Positions 29,273-38,577 of a stretch of DNA of 64,000 nucleotides are shown piece by piece; within the stretch, counting starts at the first letter, position 1; each line of letters starts with the position of its first letter. Both the position numbers and the translations under genes were made by a program. This DNA comes from Bacteroidales bacterium UBA6445 (GTDB taxonomy: Bacteria > Bacteroidota > Bacteroidia > Bacteroidales > UBA932), in NCBI GenBank assembly GCA_002439585.1, contig DJOF01000021.1, positions 65,198-129,197 on the forward strand, in the 5' to 3' direction. The notes below the pieces were generated by a model. The model searched no databases and was not told the DNA's origin. It worked only from the letters and a program-made list of their open reading frames with translations.

Positions 29273-30781
29273 ATGTTTGACAAGAATGACAGAGAGCAGA
29301 TCAGTGCACACGGAATAGCGGAAAGTACAGTCGAGGGGCAGATCGAGCGTTTCAAGAAAGGATTTCCCTGGCTTAATATTGTGGCTCCAGCTACACCGCA
29401 CAGAGGAATCGAAGTGTTGGATGATGATGCAGTAAAAGAAGCAGCCGAATATTATAAGAACGCTGAGATCGCAGGCAAATGCAAGTTTGTCCCTGCTTCA
29501 GGTGCCGCGTCAAGAATGTTCAAGGACATATTTGCAGGATTAAGCCAACTTGATGAAGGACATGATCCCGGCAAGGAGTCTCCTGTAGGAAAGCTTGCAG
29601 CCGAGATTGAAAAGTTCGCTTTCTATGATGAGGGGCTTTTCGGCAAGCCCGTGGATACGTCTGACTACAGGGCGAAAGTGGCGAGAGAAGTGCTGTCTGG
29701 CCCAGTTCTCGGTTACGGAGCCAAGCCAAAGGGAGTGATCAGATTCCACCGTTATCCCTCTGGCGAGAAAAGGACTGCATTTGCAGAGCATCTGGTCGAA
29801 GCTCAGGACTATATGAGAGACAAAAACGGCAGGGCAAGCATAGTATTCACAATATCACCCGAGTACAGGGATCTGTTCGATAAAGCCAAAGATGAGGTCT
29901 TAGCTGTTTTCGAATCCCGTTACGGAGTGCATTACAATATTGAATTCGTATATCAGGATCCTTCTACGGATACGATTGCAGTGACTCCCGACAATAAGCC
30001 TTTTAGGACTGATGACGGTGCTCTTCTATTCCGCCCTGCCGGTCACGGCTCTCTGATATACAATCTTAACGCTCTAAGTGAAGAACTTATTTCCATCAAG
30101 AATATAGATAATGTTGCCAATGAACGTCTTCTTCCGCTGACCTCAGCCTCAAAGAAGGCTCTTATGGGCAAATGTCTCCAGCTTCGTGATCAGATCTTCG
30201 ACTATATAAGGCTTCTTGATATGACAGACAGCACTTCTGAAGAGGCTGTAAGGCTGTGTGACATGATCGAGTCATTCCTTGACGGGCGTCTATGTGTCCG
30301 TCTGCCGCTTGTCGAGAGCACGCATGAGAGGATGGCGATGCTTCGAGCGAAACTTGACAGGCCGATTAGGGTATGCGGTATGGTTCGCAATAGCGGAGAG
30401 CCTGGGGGAGGTCCTTTTATCGTCCAAGGAAGAGATGGCTCTACCAATCTTCAGATTCTGGAGAGTGTGCAACTCGATAAGTCAGATCCTGCAACTGCCG
30501 GCCTTCTCGCAGAATCTACTCATTTCAACCCGGTTGACATCGTATGCTGTATTCATGATTACAACGGTCGGAAGTTCGATCTTCTTGAGTATGTGGATCA
30601 CAATGCAGGATTCATCAGCAGCAAGAGCTATCATGGGAGAGAACTCAAGGCTCTTGAACTTCCAGGCCTGTGGAACGGGGCTATGAGTGACTGGAATACG
30701 CTTTTTGTGGAAGTTCCTTCAGAGACATTCAACCCGGTCAAGGTCGTGCTGGATCTGTTGCGTCCGGCGCATCAGTCATAG
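29273..30781 (+). CDS. DUF4301 family protein
   Basis: KFVPASGAASRMFK, FRPAGHG, IKNIDNV, GEPGGGPF, THFNPVD and ELPGLWNG motifs. Confidence 0.88.
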   Translation: MFDKNDREQISAHGIAESTVEGQIERFKKGFPWLNIVAPATPHRGIEVLDDDAVKEAAEYYKNAEIAGKCKFVPASGAASRMFKDIFAGLSQLDEGHDPGKESPVGKLAAEIEKFAFYDEGLFGKPVDTSDYRAKVAREVLSGPVLGYGAKPKGVIRFHRYPSGEKRTAFAEHLVEAQDYMRDKNGRASIVFTISPEYRDLFDKAKDEVLAVFESRYGVHYNIEFVYQDPSTDTIAVTPDNKPFRTDDGALLFRPAGHGSLIYNLNALSEELISIKNIDNVANERLLPLTSASKKALMGKCLQLRDQIFDYIRLLDMTDSTSEEAVRLCDMIESFLDGRLCVRLPLVESTHERMAMLRAKLDRPIRVCGMVRNSGEPGGGPFIVQGRDGSTNLQILESVQLDKSDPATAGLLAESTHFNPVDIVCCIHDYNGRKFDLLEYVDHNAGFISSKSYHGRELKALELPGLWNGAMSDWNTLFVEVPSETFNPVKVVLDLLRPAHQS

Positions 30782-30787
30782 GTGGTA

Positions 30788-31285
30788 TTATCTGTCTCTC
30801 CATTTTGAAGGAGTCATGCCGGTATAGGCCTTGAACAGCCTGTGAAAGCTCGATGTGTGCTTGAAGCCGGTGGCAGCTGCTATCTCATCGAGATTGAGCA
30901 TATCATCGTTTTTCATAAGTTCTTTGGCTTTCTCAAGTCTGGTATGGCTTCTCCACTTCCTGAAATCCTGACGTAGGTATGAGTTGAAATATCGGAAGAT
31001 ATCCTCTGGCTTGTTCCCAGTCTCGGTCGCGATTGTTTCAAGGCTGAAGTTCTCCCCGAGATCGCTACATGAGCAGACCCACTTGTCAATCATAGCACCG
31101 AGAGTGCGGTAGTCTGTCTTGTCCTCATTGTATAAGTCATATAGCATCGGTACAAGTCCTATCCTCCTCATATTGCCCGAGGTCCTTCTATCTATGATAG
31201 ATTTGTCTGTAATGGAGAGGAAGAAAAGCTTTAAGTTGCAGTGAATCCGTCCGTCCCGTGCGGTGCGCCTGAATATGTAAGTCAT
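30788..31285 (-). CDS. AraC-family HTH transcriptional regulator (short)
   Basis: C-terminal AraC signature RLEKAKELM...IAAATGF...SSFHRLFK..TGMTPSKWR. Confidence 0.85.
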   Translation of the reverse strand: MTYIFRRTARDGRIHCNLKLFFLSITDKSIIDRRTSGNMRRIGLVPMLYDLYNEDKTDYRTLGAMIDKWVCSCSDLGENFSLETIATETGNKPEDIFRYFNSYLRQDFRKWRSHTRLEKAKELMKNDDMLNLDEIAAATGFKHTSSFHRLFKAYTGMTPSKWRDR

Positions 31286-31310
31286 AGGGTGTTGGTTATA
31301 TGTGGTTAAA

Positions 31311-31352
31311 AATGAAAAAAGGGAGGGGCTTTCGTTGTCCCTCCCTTCATTT
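31311..31352 (-). terminator. Rho-independent terminator of the DHS-like gene
   Basis: AAGGGAGGG / CCCTCCCTT stem with a T-tract on the minus strand. Confidence 0.75.
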
Positions 31353-31371
31353 ATGTCGCTTTCCGATTGGC

Positions 31372-32346
31372 TTACCAGCCAAGAACATACGCGAAGATCA
31401 AGGGAGCTACGATGGTGGCATCAGACTCGACAATAAATTTCGGAGTCTCGGGTGCCAACTTGCCCCAAGTAATCTTCTCGTTAGGAACGGCACCTGAATA
31501 AGAGCCGTAAGAAGTCGTGCTGTCAGAGATCTGGCAGAAATATGACCATAGCGGAGTGCCTTTCCACTCAAGGTCCTGCTCCATCATAGGTACGACGCAG
31601 ATAGGGAAGTCTCCTGCTGTACCGCCACCGATCTGGAAAAATCCGACACCTGCTCCTGTAGCGTTCTTCTTGTACCAGTCAACGAGGAAGAGCATGGTCT
31701 CTATGCCGTTCTTTACAAGGTCAGGAGTAAATTCACCTTTGATGCAGTGAGCAGCGAAGATATTGCCTGTAGTGCAGTCTTCCCAAGCAGGTACTATGAT
31801 AGGGATATTTTTCTCGCAGGCTGCCAGAACCCAACTGTCCTTGGGGTCGATCTCGTAGTATTTCTCCAATACTCCGCTTCTGAGTATCTGGTAGATATAC
31901 TCATAAGGCAGATACCTCTCGCCCTTTGCCTTGGCCTGGTTCCATACATCGACCAAAGCACCTTCAAGACGCCTGAATGCCTCTTCTTCGGGGATGCAGG
32001 TATCTGTGACACGGTTGTAGTGGTTGTTGAGAAGCTCCTGCTCCTGCTCTGCCGTAAGGTTGCGGTATCCCGGTACCCTGTAGTAGTGTGAATGAGCTAC
32101 AAGGTTCATGATGTCCTCCTCAAGGTTGTTGGCTGAGCAGCAAACTATCGAGAATTTGTCCTTTCGGATCATCTCGGCAAGAGAAATGCCGAGTTCGGCG
32201 GTACTCATGGCTCCAGCCATTGCCAGCATCATCTTTCCGCCTTTGTCAAGAAGCTCTTCGTAAGCTTTTGCCGCATCGACAAGACTTGCCGAATTGAAGT
32301 GGCGGTAGTTGTGCGTGATGAATTGTGAAATAGGTCCTTTTTCCAT
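31372..32346 (-). CDS. Deoxyhypusine synthase-family protein (probable homospermidine synthase)
   Basis: AGAMSTAELG, ANNLEED, RVTDTCIPEE, GSYSGAVPNEKITWGK and ESDATIVAPL motifs. Confidence 0.9.
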   Translation of the reverse strand: MEKGPISQFITHNYRHFNSASLVDAAKAYEELLDKGGKMMLAMAGAMSTAELGISLAEMIRKDKFSIVCCSANNLEEDIMNLVAHSHYYRVPGYRNLTAEQEQELLNNHYNRVTDTCIPEEEAFRRLEGALVDVWNQAKAKGERYLPYEYIYQILRSGVLEKYYEIDPKDSWVLAACEKNIPIIVPAWEDCTTGNIFAAHCIKGEFTPDLVKNGIETMLFLVDWYKKNATGAGVGFFQIGGGTAGDFPICVVPMMEQDLEWKGTPLWSYFCQISDSTTSYGSYSGAVPNEKITWGKLAPETPKFIVESDATIVAPLIFAYVLGW

Positions 32347-32394
32347 TTCCAACTATGTTAACACTTGTTTGTTTGGTTCCAAACGGAATGAGTG

Positions 32395-32422
32395 CAAATT
32401 TATGATTTTTTGAGTACTTTTG
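32395..32422. promoter_or_regulatory. Divergent -7 promoter boxes (DHS-like gene / ffh)
   Basis: CAAATTTA at 32395-402 and TACTTTTG at 32415-22. Confidence 0.7.
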
Positions 32423-32445
32423 CAATTCTAAATGCTCCACTCAAT

Positions 32446-33765
32446 ATGTTCGAGAATTTATCGGAAAGATTAGAAAGATCGTTCAAGATACTCAAGGGCG
32501 AAGGCAAGATCACAGAGATCAATGTCGCCGAGACCGTAAAAGATATAAGGAAAGCACTCCTTGATGCAGACGTTAGCTACAAGGTAGCAAAGGAGTTCTG
32601 TGACAGAGTCAAGACCAAAGCCTTAGGGCAGAATGTGCTCACTGCCGTGAAGCCGCAGCAGATGATGGTCAAGATCGTCCATGACGAGTTGGCTGATTTC
32701 ATGGGCAGCGGTTCCTCCGACATCAATCTCAAGGGCAATCCTGCAATTGTACTTATAGCCGGATTGCAGGGATCAGGTAAGACGACTTTTACGGCCAAGT
32801 TGGCCAATCTTTGCAGGACTAAGAAGAATATGAAGGTTCTTCTTGCCGCATGTGACGTATACAGACCGGCCGCCATAGAACAGCTCAAGGTGATGGCTTC
32901 TCAGGCAGGAGTTCAGGTCTATTCAGAAGACGGCTGTCAGGATCCGGTCAAGATAGCAAAGGATGCAGTAGCCAAGGCTCGGGCAGAGGGTTATCAGACA
33001 GTGATCATAGATACTGCCGGACGTCTTGCCGTTGATCAGAAAATGATGGACGAAATTGCTGCCATCAAGAAAGCCGTATCACCTACAGAGACTCTCTTTG
33101 TTGTTGATGCAATGACAGGACAGGATGCGGTGGAGACTGCGAAGGCCTTCAACGATGTCCTTGATTTCGATGGCGTTGTACTTACCAAGATGGATGGAGA
33201 TACGAGAGGTGGCGCCGCACTCTCCATCAAGGCCGTTGTTGGAAAGCCCATCAAGTTCATATCCTCGGGCGAGAAGATAGACGCTCTTGACGTATTCCAT
33301 CCTGCGCGTATTGCTGACAGAATTCTCGGTATGGGTGATGTTGTCACCCTCGTGGAGAAAGCCCAGGAACAGTATGATGAGAAGCAGGCCAGAGAACTTA
33401 AGAAGAAACTCCTTAAGGACAAGTTCACTTTCATGGATTTCTACAACCAGATACAGCAGGTGAAGAAGATGGGTAATATCAAAGATATTGCATCAATGAT
33501 CCCTGGGGTTGGCAAGGCATTGAAGGACGTGGATATCGATAATAATGCATTCAAGAGTGTAGAAGCTATCATCATGTCCATGACTCCTTATGAGAGGGAG
33601 CATCCTGAGGTTATCAATGGCAGCCGTCGCAAGAGGATAGCTGATGGTAGCGGTACTTCCATCCCTGAGGTAAACCGTCTTCTCAAACAGTTCGACAGCA
33701 CAAGGAAACTTATGAAGGGTGCAATGGACGGTTCCCTTGCCGCAAGACTAAAGCGTGGCAGGTAG
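32446..33765 (+). CDS. ffh: Signal recognition particle protein Ffh
   Basis: MFENLSERL, GLQGSGKTT, DVYRPAA, DTAGR, TKMDGDTRGGAALS and M-domain SMTPYER. Confidence 0.97.
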   Translation: MFENLSERLERSFKILKGEGKITEINVAETVKDIRKALLDADVSYKVAKEFCDRVKTKALGQNVLTAVKPQQMMVKIVHDELADFMGSGSSDINLKGNPAIVLIAGLQGSGKTTFTAKLANLCRTKKNMKVLLAACDVYRPAAIEQLKVMASQAGVQVYSEDGCQDPVKIAKDAVAKARAEGYQTVIIDTAGRLAVDQKMMDEIAAIKKAVSPTETLFVVDAMTGQDAVETAKAFNDVLDFDGVVLTKMDGDTRGGAALSIKAVVGKPIKFISSGEKIDALDVFHPARIADRILGMGDVVTLVEKAQEQYDEKQARELKKKLLKDKFTFMDFYNQIQQVKKMGNIKDIASMIPGVGKALKDVDIDNNAFKSVEAIIMSMTPYEREHPEVINGSRRKRIADGSGTSIPEVNRLLKQFDSTRKLMKGAMDGSLAARLKRGR

Positions 33766-33907
33766 AAAGCGTAAGACTCTATTTCTGTCAGAATTACTTT
33801 TTTCTATTTGCAGTAATATTGCTGTTGTGACTAATTGCCATTGAATACAGTTGAACTGAAGTCAGGGCAGATTAGTAGCGATATTGCTTATGTGGGCAAT
33901 CGTTGGA

Positions 33908-35098
33908 CTATCGTCCGATCAGTCTGTCAAGATTAAATAACAGCGAGAGTTGCTGCTGTGTCCCAGCGAATGAACCAGGGAAATGTGCTATGACCGATAG
34001 GCGCAGGTCTATGAAGTCGGCAATATGAGGCTGATAGAAGACTTCAAGCCTGTTGTAAGTTTTCCATTTTCTTGAAGCTTCATCGCTGGCATCAAGCCTA
34101 TACATAGGAGAGCCGGTATAAAGTGAGTTGCCGTATCTGTATCCACCATCGTCAATGCGGGAATAGAGTGGCATTAGTCCTTGTCCGATATAAAGGGTAT
34201 TGTCTATGCCTATATTCCATTTCATAGCTTTCAGAGTCAGTTCTGTACCTGTTCTGCCCTTGTTGCCGTTCTCTTTGTCCCTACGGTCATTCTGTAGTCC
34301 GCAGTAAAGGGCAATCTTGGCAGAAAGCTCTTGTATTCCTGCCATTGTACCGAAATCTGCCTTGACGAAGGGCATCAGAAGTGCATCGTCCACTACACTA
34401 CCATATGTCGCAGTATTGGCATAATGGTGGTATTTGGCATACAGTCCGCCCTGCATTATGCGGGCAAAGGAGTGTGTGAGGTGGCCGAAAGCAGAAAATT
34501 GTTCCCTTCTCCCGATGCCGTATTTGCCATTCCAGTCAAATACAACCTCTATTGCAGTGCTTTTCCCAGTCGCCTGTATAAGAGCACCTTCCAAATTATT
34601 GTCGTAGAATACAAGGGAGTCTGAGAAGAAAGCCTTGGAGTAGTCTCCAGTGGTGAGATATCTCGGGAGTATGCCTGCAAAGCCTCTTAGCTGCCAATTG
34701 CCGATTGTCGAAGTGACAGAGTAATACATCGTGACTTCTCGCAGCAGACGGCTATTTTCAAGATGGATGTCGTTGTCCGGGGCACCATCTCTCAGTACCG
34801 GACTTCTTCCGAAATCCTTCATTACATCTATCCCAGCCATAAGCCTGTGAGTACTTGACCCTGACTTGATCTCAATTCCAGCCGACGGGGTCAGCCTGGC
34901 GCCGAAGATTGTCCCGGAAGATGCGAGCTCCTCCTTTCCGGGATCAAATTCTCTGTTGTCGAAATTGAAGTCAAACACTGCGTTGTACACAAACTTAACT
35001 TTCTTGTCCGAGGATGTTTCCTGGGCACAAAGACTTTGTATTGTGGCAGTATAGAGTATAGATCCTACTATCAGCGCAGCGATATATCCGTTCCTCAT
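33908..35098 (-). CDS. Hypothetical outer-membrane beta-barrel-like protein
   Basis: Signal peptide from ATG 35098; FDNREF motif; amphipathic aromatic-rich beta-strand pattern. Confidence 0.65.
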   Translation of the reverse strand: MRNGYIAALIVGSILYTATIQSLCAQETSSDKKVKFVYNAVFDFNFDNREFDPGKEELASSGTIFGARLTPSAGIEIKSGSSTHRLMAGIDVMKDFGRSPVLRDGAPDNDIHLENSRLLREVTMYYSVTSTIGNWQLRGFAGILPRYLTTGDYSKAFFSDSLVFYDNNLEGALIQATGKSTAIEVVFDWNGKYGIGRREQFSAFGHLTHSFARIMQGGLYAKYHHYANTATYGSVVDDALLMPFVKADFGTMAGIQELSAKIALYCGLQNDRRDKENGNKGRTGTELTLKAMKWNIGIDNTLYIGQGLMPLYSRIDDGGYRYGNSLYTGSPMYRLDASDEASRKWKTYNRLEVFYQPHIADFIDLRLSVIAHFPGSFAGTQQQLSLLFNLDRLIGR

Positions 35099-35204
35099 AA
35101 ATTTCTCAATATGTGGAGCAAAGATAGCGAAAGTCGAGCGCAATGTGCCGAATTTGTTCGAGAACATTGCAGAGATGCCAATACATTCTGTGAAACCACG
35201 GCTA

Positions 35205-35367
35205 AGAAGCTGTATTGAAGTGGTTCCCGAATTTTATTATGAGGATTATTCGAGGCAGCCACGACTTTGGAGGAAAGAGTGTACTGGAGGTACTCGAATG
35301 ATGACAAAGATGAAAATGGCTGGAAAGGACCATAAGAGAAGAGACGAATCATTTCAAAACAGCTTTT
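35205..35367 (+). mobile_element. ~163-bp MITE-like repeat, copy 1
   Basis: Terminal IRs AGAAGCTGTATTGAAGTG / CATTTCAAAACAGCTTTT; homologous to the reverse complement of 61185-61341. Confidence 0.75.
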
Positions 35368-35376
35368 AAGACTTGA

Positions 35377-35408
35377 TTTGCGAATTGTTGCGCGCTGGAG
35401 TAAATTTG
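35377..35408 (+). promoter_or_regulatory. Consensus Bacteroidetes promoter of the GSCFA gene
   Basis: TTTG, 20 nt spacer, then TAAATTTG ending 4 nt before the ATG. Confidence 0.75.
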
Positions 35409-35412
35409 CCGC

Positions 35413-36297
35413 ATGAAACTACAGACACCAGTAGATGTCCCCACCATTCCGGTGAGAATATCATATCAAGACAAGATAATGCTTCTCGGCAGCTGCTTTG
35501 TCGACAATATCGGAAGCAAGATGAAAGATTACGGGTTCAATGTCCTTGCCAATCCGTTCGGAACTCTCTACAATCCGGTTTCAGTCTGCAATGCCATGCA
35601 CCGCTTGGAATCTGGTATCCCGTTTTCCCATGACGAATGTAGAATGATGGGCTCCGGTGCCGGTCTTGTATGCTCGTTCAGCCACCATACTCTTGCGGCA
35701 AGGAAGAGTGAGGAAGAATTTCTTAAAGATGCAAATCTGTCTTTGGAAAGCGCATCTGCATTTTTCCGTGAGGCCGATACCATTATAGTCACCCTTGGAA
35801 CGGCATGGGTATACCGCTTCGTCGAGACAGGAGAGATTGTCTCCAACTGCCTTAAGCGAGATGCCAAGGAGTTTGAACGAGAAAGACTTTCTCTAAAGAA
35901 TATCCAGTTGCTGCTATACTCTGTTGTATCCAGATATACGGCAGCGGATTGTCCCGTGAAGCCGAAAAAATTTATCTTTACAGTCAGCCCCATACGTCAC
36001 CTTAAAGACAGTGCCCATGGAAATCAGCTAAGCAAAAGCCTTCTTCTGCTTGCTGTCGATTCAGTTATTGGGCGCTATAAGGAAGATTGCGCATATTTCC
36101 CAGCTTATGAGATAATGCTTGACGAGTTGCGGGATTACCGTTTCTATGCAGAAGATATGATACACCCTTCGGCTCAGGCAGTTGAATATATATGGGGAAG
36201 GTTCTGTGATGCAGCCCTTCCCCAATCCGAATGGCAGACCTTGGAGTCATGCCGGAAGTCTTTCCTGCAGTCTTGTCACAGGCCGTTGAACCGATGA
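35413..36297 (+). CDS. GSCFA domain-containing protein
   Basis: LGSCFV, NPFGTLYNP, TLGTAW, TVSPIRH, YFPAYEI..DELRDYRFY and DMIHP motifs. Confidence 0.9.
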   Translation: MKLQTPVDVPTIPVRISYQDKIMLLGSCFVDNIGSKMKDYGFNVLANPFGTLYNPVSVCNAMHRLESGIPFSHDECRMMGSGAGLVCSFSHHTLAARKSEEEFLKDANLSLESASAFFREADTIIVTLGTAWVYRFVETGEIVSNCLKRDAKEFERERLSLKNIQLLLYSVVSRYTAADCPVKPKKFIFTVSPIRHLKDSAHGNQLSKSLLLLAVDSVIGRYKEDCAYFPAYEIMLDELRDYRFYAEDMIHPSAQAVEYIWGRFCDAALPQSEWQTLESCRKSFLQSCHRPLNR

Positions 36298-36317
36298 AAG
36301 CGTGACACTTGGAAATG

Positions 36318-37691
36318 CTATTTCCAGTATTGGTAGAACAGCGAGATAGCTTCTATTCCCGCAAAAAACTGCTTGATCAGATAACTTTCGTTGGGGGAGT
36401 GTATAGTATCCCTCTCTAAGCCGAAGCCCATCAGCAATGGATCTGCACCGAGAATGTCTCGCATATCGGCCAGGACGCAGATGCTTCCACCCCCTCTGCT
36501 GGGCACAGGTTCTATGCCATAGACATCGTTCATCGCTTTTGATGCCGCTTCATAGGCGGGCGAAGTAATTGGGATGAGGAAGCCGTTGCCGGCCTCCATC
36601 TTCTCTATGTCGACGTGTACGCATTTTGGGGCGAGGCTCACTATATGGCGGATTGCCATGTCCATTATCTTGTCGGCTTTCTGATTGGGAACGATCCGCA
36701 TCGAGATCTTGGCATGAGCTTCTGAAGGAAGCACTGTCTTGCCGCCCTGTCCTGTATAGCCGCCCCAGATGCCGCATACGTCAAGACACGGCCTGATAGC
36801 TGTCCTTTCGAGCGTGGTGAAACCTTTCTCTCCGCGGACATCGTCTACGCCTATGCTTTTCTTGTATTCGTCTATGTCGAACGGTGCACGGGCAAGAGCC
36901 TTTCTGTCGGCATCGGATACTGTCTCAACATCGTCATAGAACCCTGGAATTGTGACTCTTCCGTCTTTGTCTATAAGGCTTGCTATCATCTCGCAAAGTA
37001 CGTTGATAGGATTGGCTACCGCTCCTCCGTAGTGTCCGGAGTGAAGATCCTTGTCAGGACCTTTTACGTTGACTTGCATATACACTACTCCTCTCATGCC
37101 ACAGTTGATCGACGGTACCTTGTCCGAGATCATGGTAGTATCAGATACCAGGATCACATCGCAGGCGAGAAGTTTCTTGTTATCTTCTACCCATTTGGGA
37201 AGATGCTTGCTTCCGATCTCTTCCTCTCCCTCGAGAATGAATTTGACATTGTGGCGTAAAAGTTTGTGGCGTAGAAGGTATTCAAAAGCCTTTACGTGCA
37301 TGAAGCTCTGTCCCTTGTCATCATTTGCGCCCCTTCCCCAGATAGCCCCGTCATGGATTTCAGGGCTGAAAGGGTCAGAATGCCATTTGTCAAGAGGCTC
37401 GGCCGGCTGTACATCGTAATGCCCGTAGACAAGTACGGTCTTGGCAGCAGGGTCTACAGTCTTTGTCGCAAATACGACTGGGTTGCCCTCAGTCGGAAGT
37501 ACCGAGGCTTCATCGGCGCCGGCCTCACGAAGGAGTTCAGCATAGCGGGAAGCACATCTGTACATGTCTTCTTTGTGACTTTCTTGTGCGCTTACTGAAG
37601 GAATGCGCATGAGGGAGAACAATTCTTCAAAGAATCGGTCCTTGTTCTTTTCGATATACTGCCTTATTCCGGCAGTCTGGTCTGAGTGCAT
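36318..37691 (-). CDS. M20 family dipeptidase
   Basis: YGHYDVQP, GRGANDDKGQ, EGEEEIGS, DLHSG and HSPNE motifs. Confidence 0.92.
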   Translation of the reverse strand: MHSDQTAGIRQYIEKNKDRFFEELFSLMRIPSVSAQESHKEDMYRCASRYAELLREAGADEASVLPTEGNPVVFATKTVDPAAKTVLVYGHYDVQPAEPLDKWHSDPFSPEIHDGAIWGRGANDDKGQSFMHVKAFEYLLRHKLLRHNVKFILEGEEEIGSKHLPKWVEDNKKLLACDVILVSDTTMISDKVPSINCGMRGVVYMQVNVKGPDKDLHSGHYGGAVANPINVLCEMIASLIDKDGRVTIPGFYDDVETVSDADRKALARAPFDIDEYKKSIGVDDVRGEKGFTTLERTAIRPCLDVCGIWGGYTGQGGKTVLPSEAHAKISMRIVPNQKADKIMDMAIRHIVSLAPKCVHVDIEKMEAGNGFLIPITSPAYEAASKAMNDVYGIEPVPSRGGGSICVLADMRDILGADPLLMGFGLERDTIHSPNESYLIKQFFAGIEAISLFYQYWK

Positions 37692-37941
37692 GTTAAGTAT
37701 TTCTTTAATTGGAATCTACATTGTTTCTTTGTCTCATTTCCTATGAGAAATTCATTACAATTTACGAAATTTACAGTTCATAACATATCAAAGTTATCTA
37801 TAAAGACGGTAAATTTGTTCATAATTAGTGTATAAAGAGGATTTTGTCTGATTTTTGCAGATCAGACAATCCCGTTTCGTAATCAAGGCAACAGGTTTTC
37901 AGTGGCAGGGAAGATCCTGCAGAGGCATTAACAGGCAATTT

Positions 37942-38577
37942 ATGGAAAAGAACATCTATCCGATATTTGATAAGCTCCAGAGCCGCGAAGATAAAGAGCG
38001 ACTTCTCGGTCAAAGGGGAATGACAATTTGGTTTACAGGGTATTCCGGGTCAGGGAAGAGTACGATTGCAGTAGCGTTGGAGAGACTTCTCTCGTCTGAA
38101 GGATATGTGTGCAAGATATTGGACGGAGACAATATCCGCTCCGGGCTCAATTCTGACCTTGGCTTCTCCCATGACGATAGGATTGAGAATATAAGGAGGA
38201 TAGCTGAAGTATGCCGTCTGTTCAATTCTATTGGTGTCATAGTTATAGCCTCCTTTGTCACCCCGACAGAAGATCTTCGCTCTCTTGCGCGGAAGACTAT
38301 AGGCAATGACGATTATTTTGAGGTCTGGGTCTCCACTTCTCTCGAGGAATGCGAGAGGCGTGATGTGAAAGGACTGTATGCAAAGGCCAGAGCGGGTATG
38401 ATCCAGAATTTTACAGGGATAGACGCTCCTTTTGATATTCCTGAATCTCCGTCAATAACTGTTGATACTGAAGACTCATCTCCGGAGGAGTGCGTCAAGG
38501 CAATATACGATATAGTGAGGCCGCGCATTACGGCTGACAGTATAGCAGATGTTCATGATGAGAAAGTTTGTCTATAG
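37942..38577 (+). CDS. cysC: Adenylyl-sulfate kinase
   Basis: IWFTGYSGSGKST, LDGDNIR, DRIENIRR and RDVKGLYAKARAG.I.NFTGID motifs. Confidence 0.95.
   Translation: MEKNIYPIFDKLQSREDKERLLGQRGMTIWFTGYSGSGKSTIAVALERLLSSEGYVCKILDGDNIRSGLNSDLGFSHDDRIENIRRIAEVCRLFNSIGVIVIASFVTPTEDLRSLARKTIGNDDYFEVWVSTSLEECERRDVKGLYAKARAGMIQNFTGIDAPFDIPESPSITVDTEDSSPEECVKAIYDIVRPRITADSIADVHDEKVCL

Noticed and set aside
35145..35369. 74-aa ORF, and the similar-ending ORF at 61037-61342 (FQNSF / FKNSF)
   Set aside because: Both read through the MITE-like repeat; the shared ending comes from its terminal IR.
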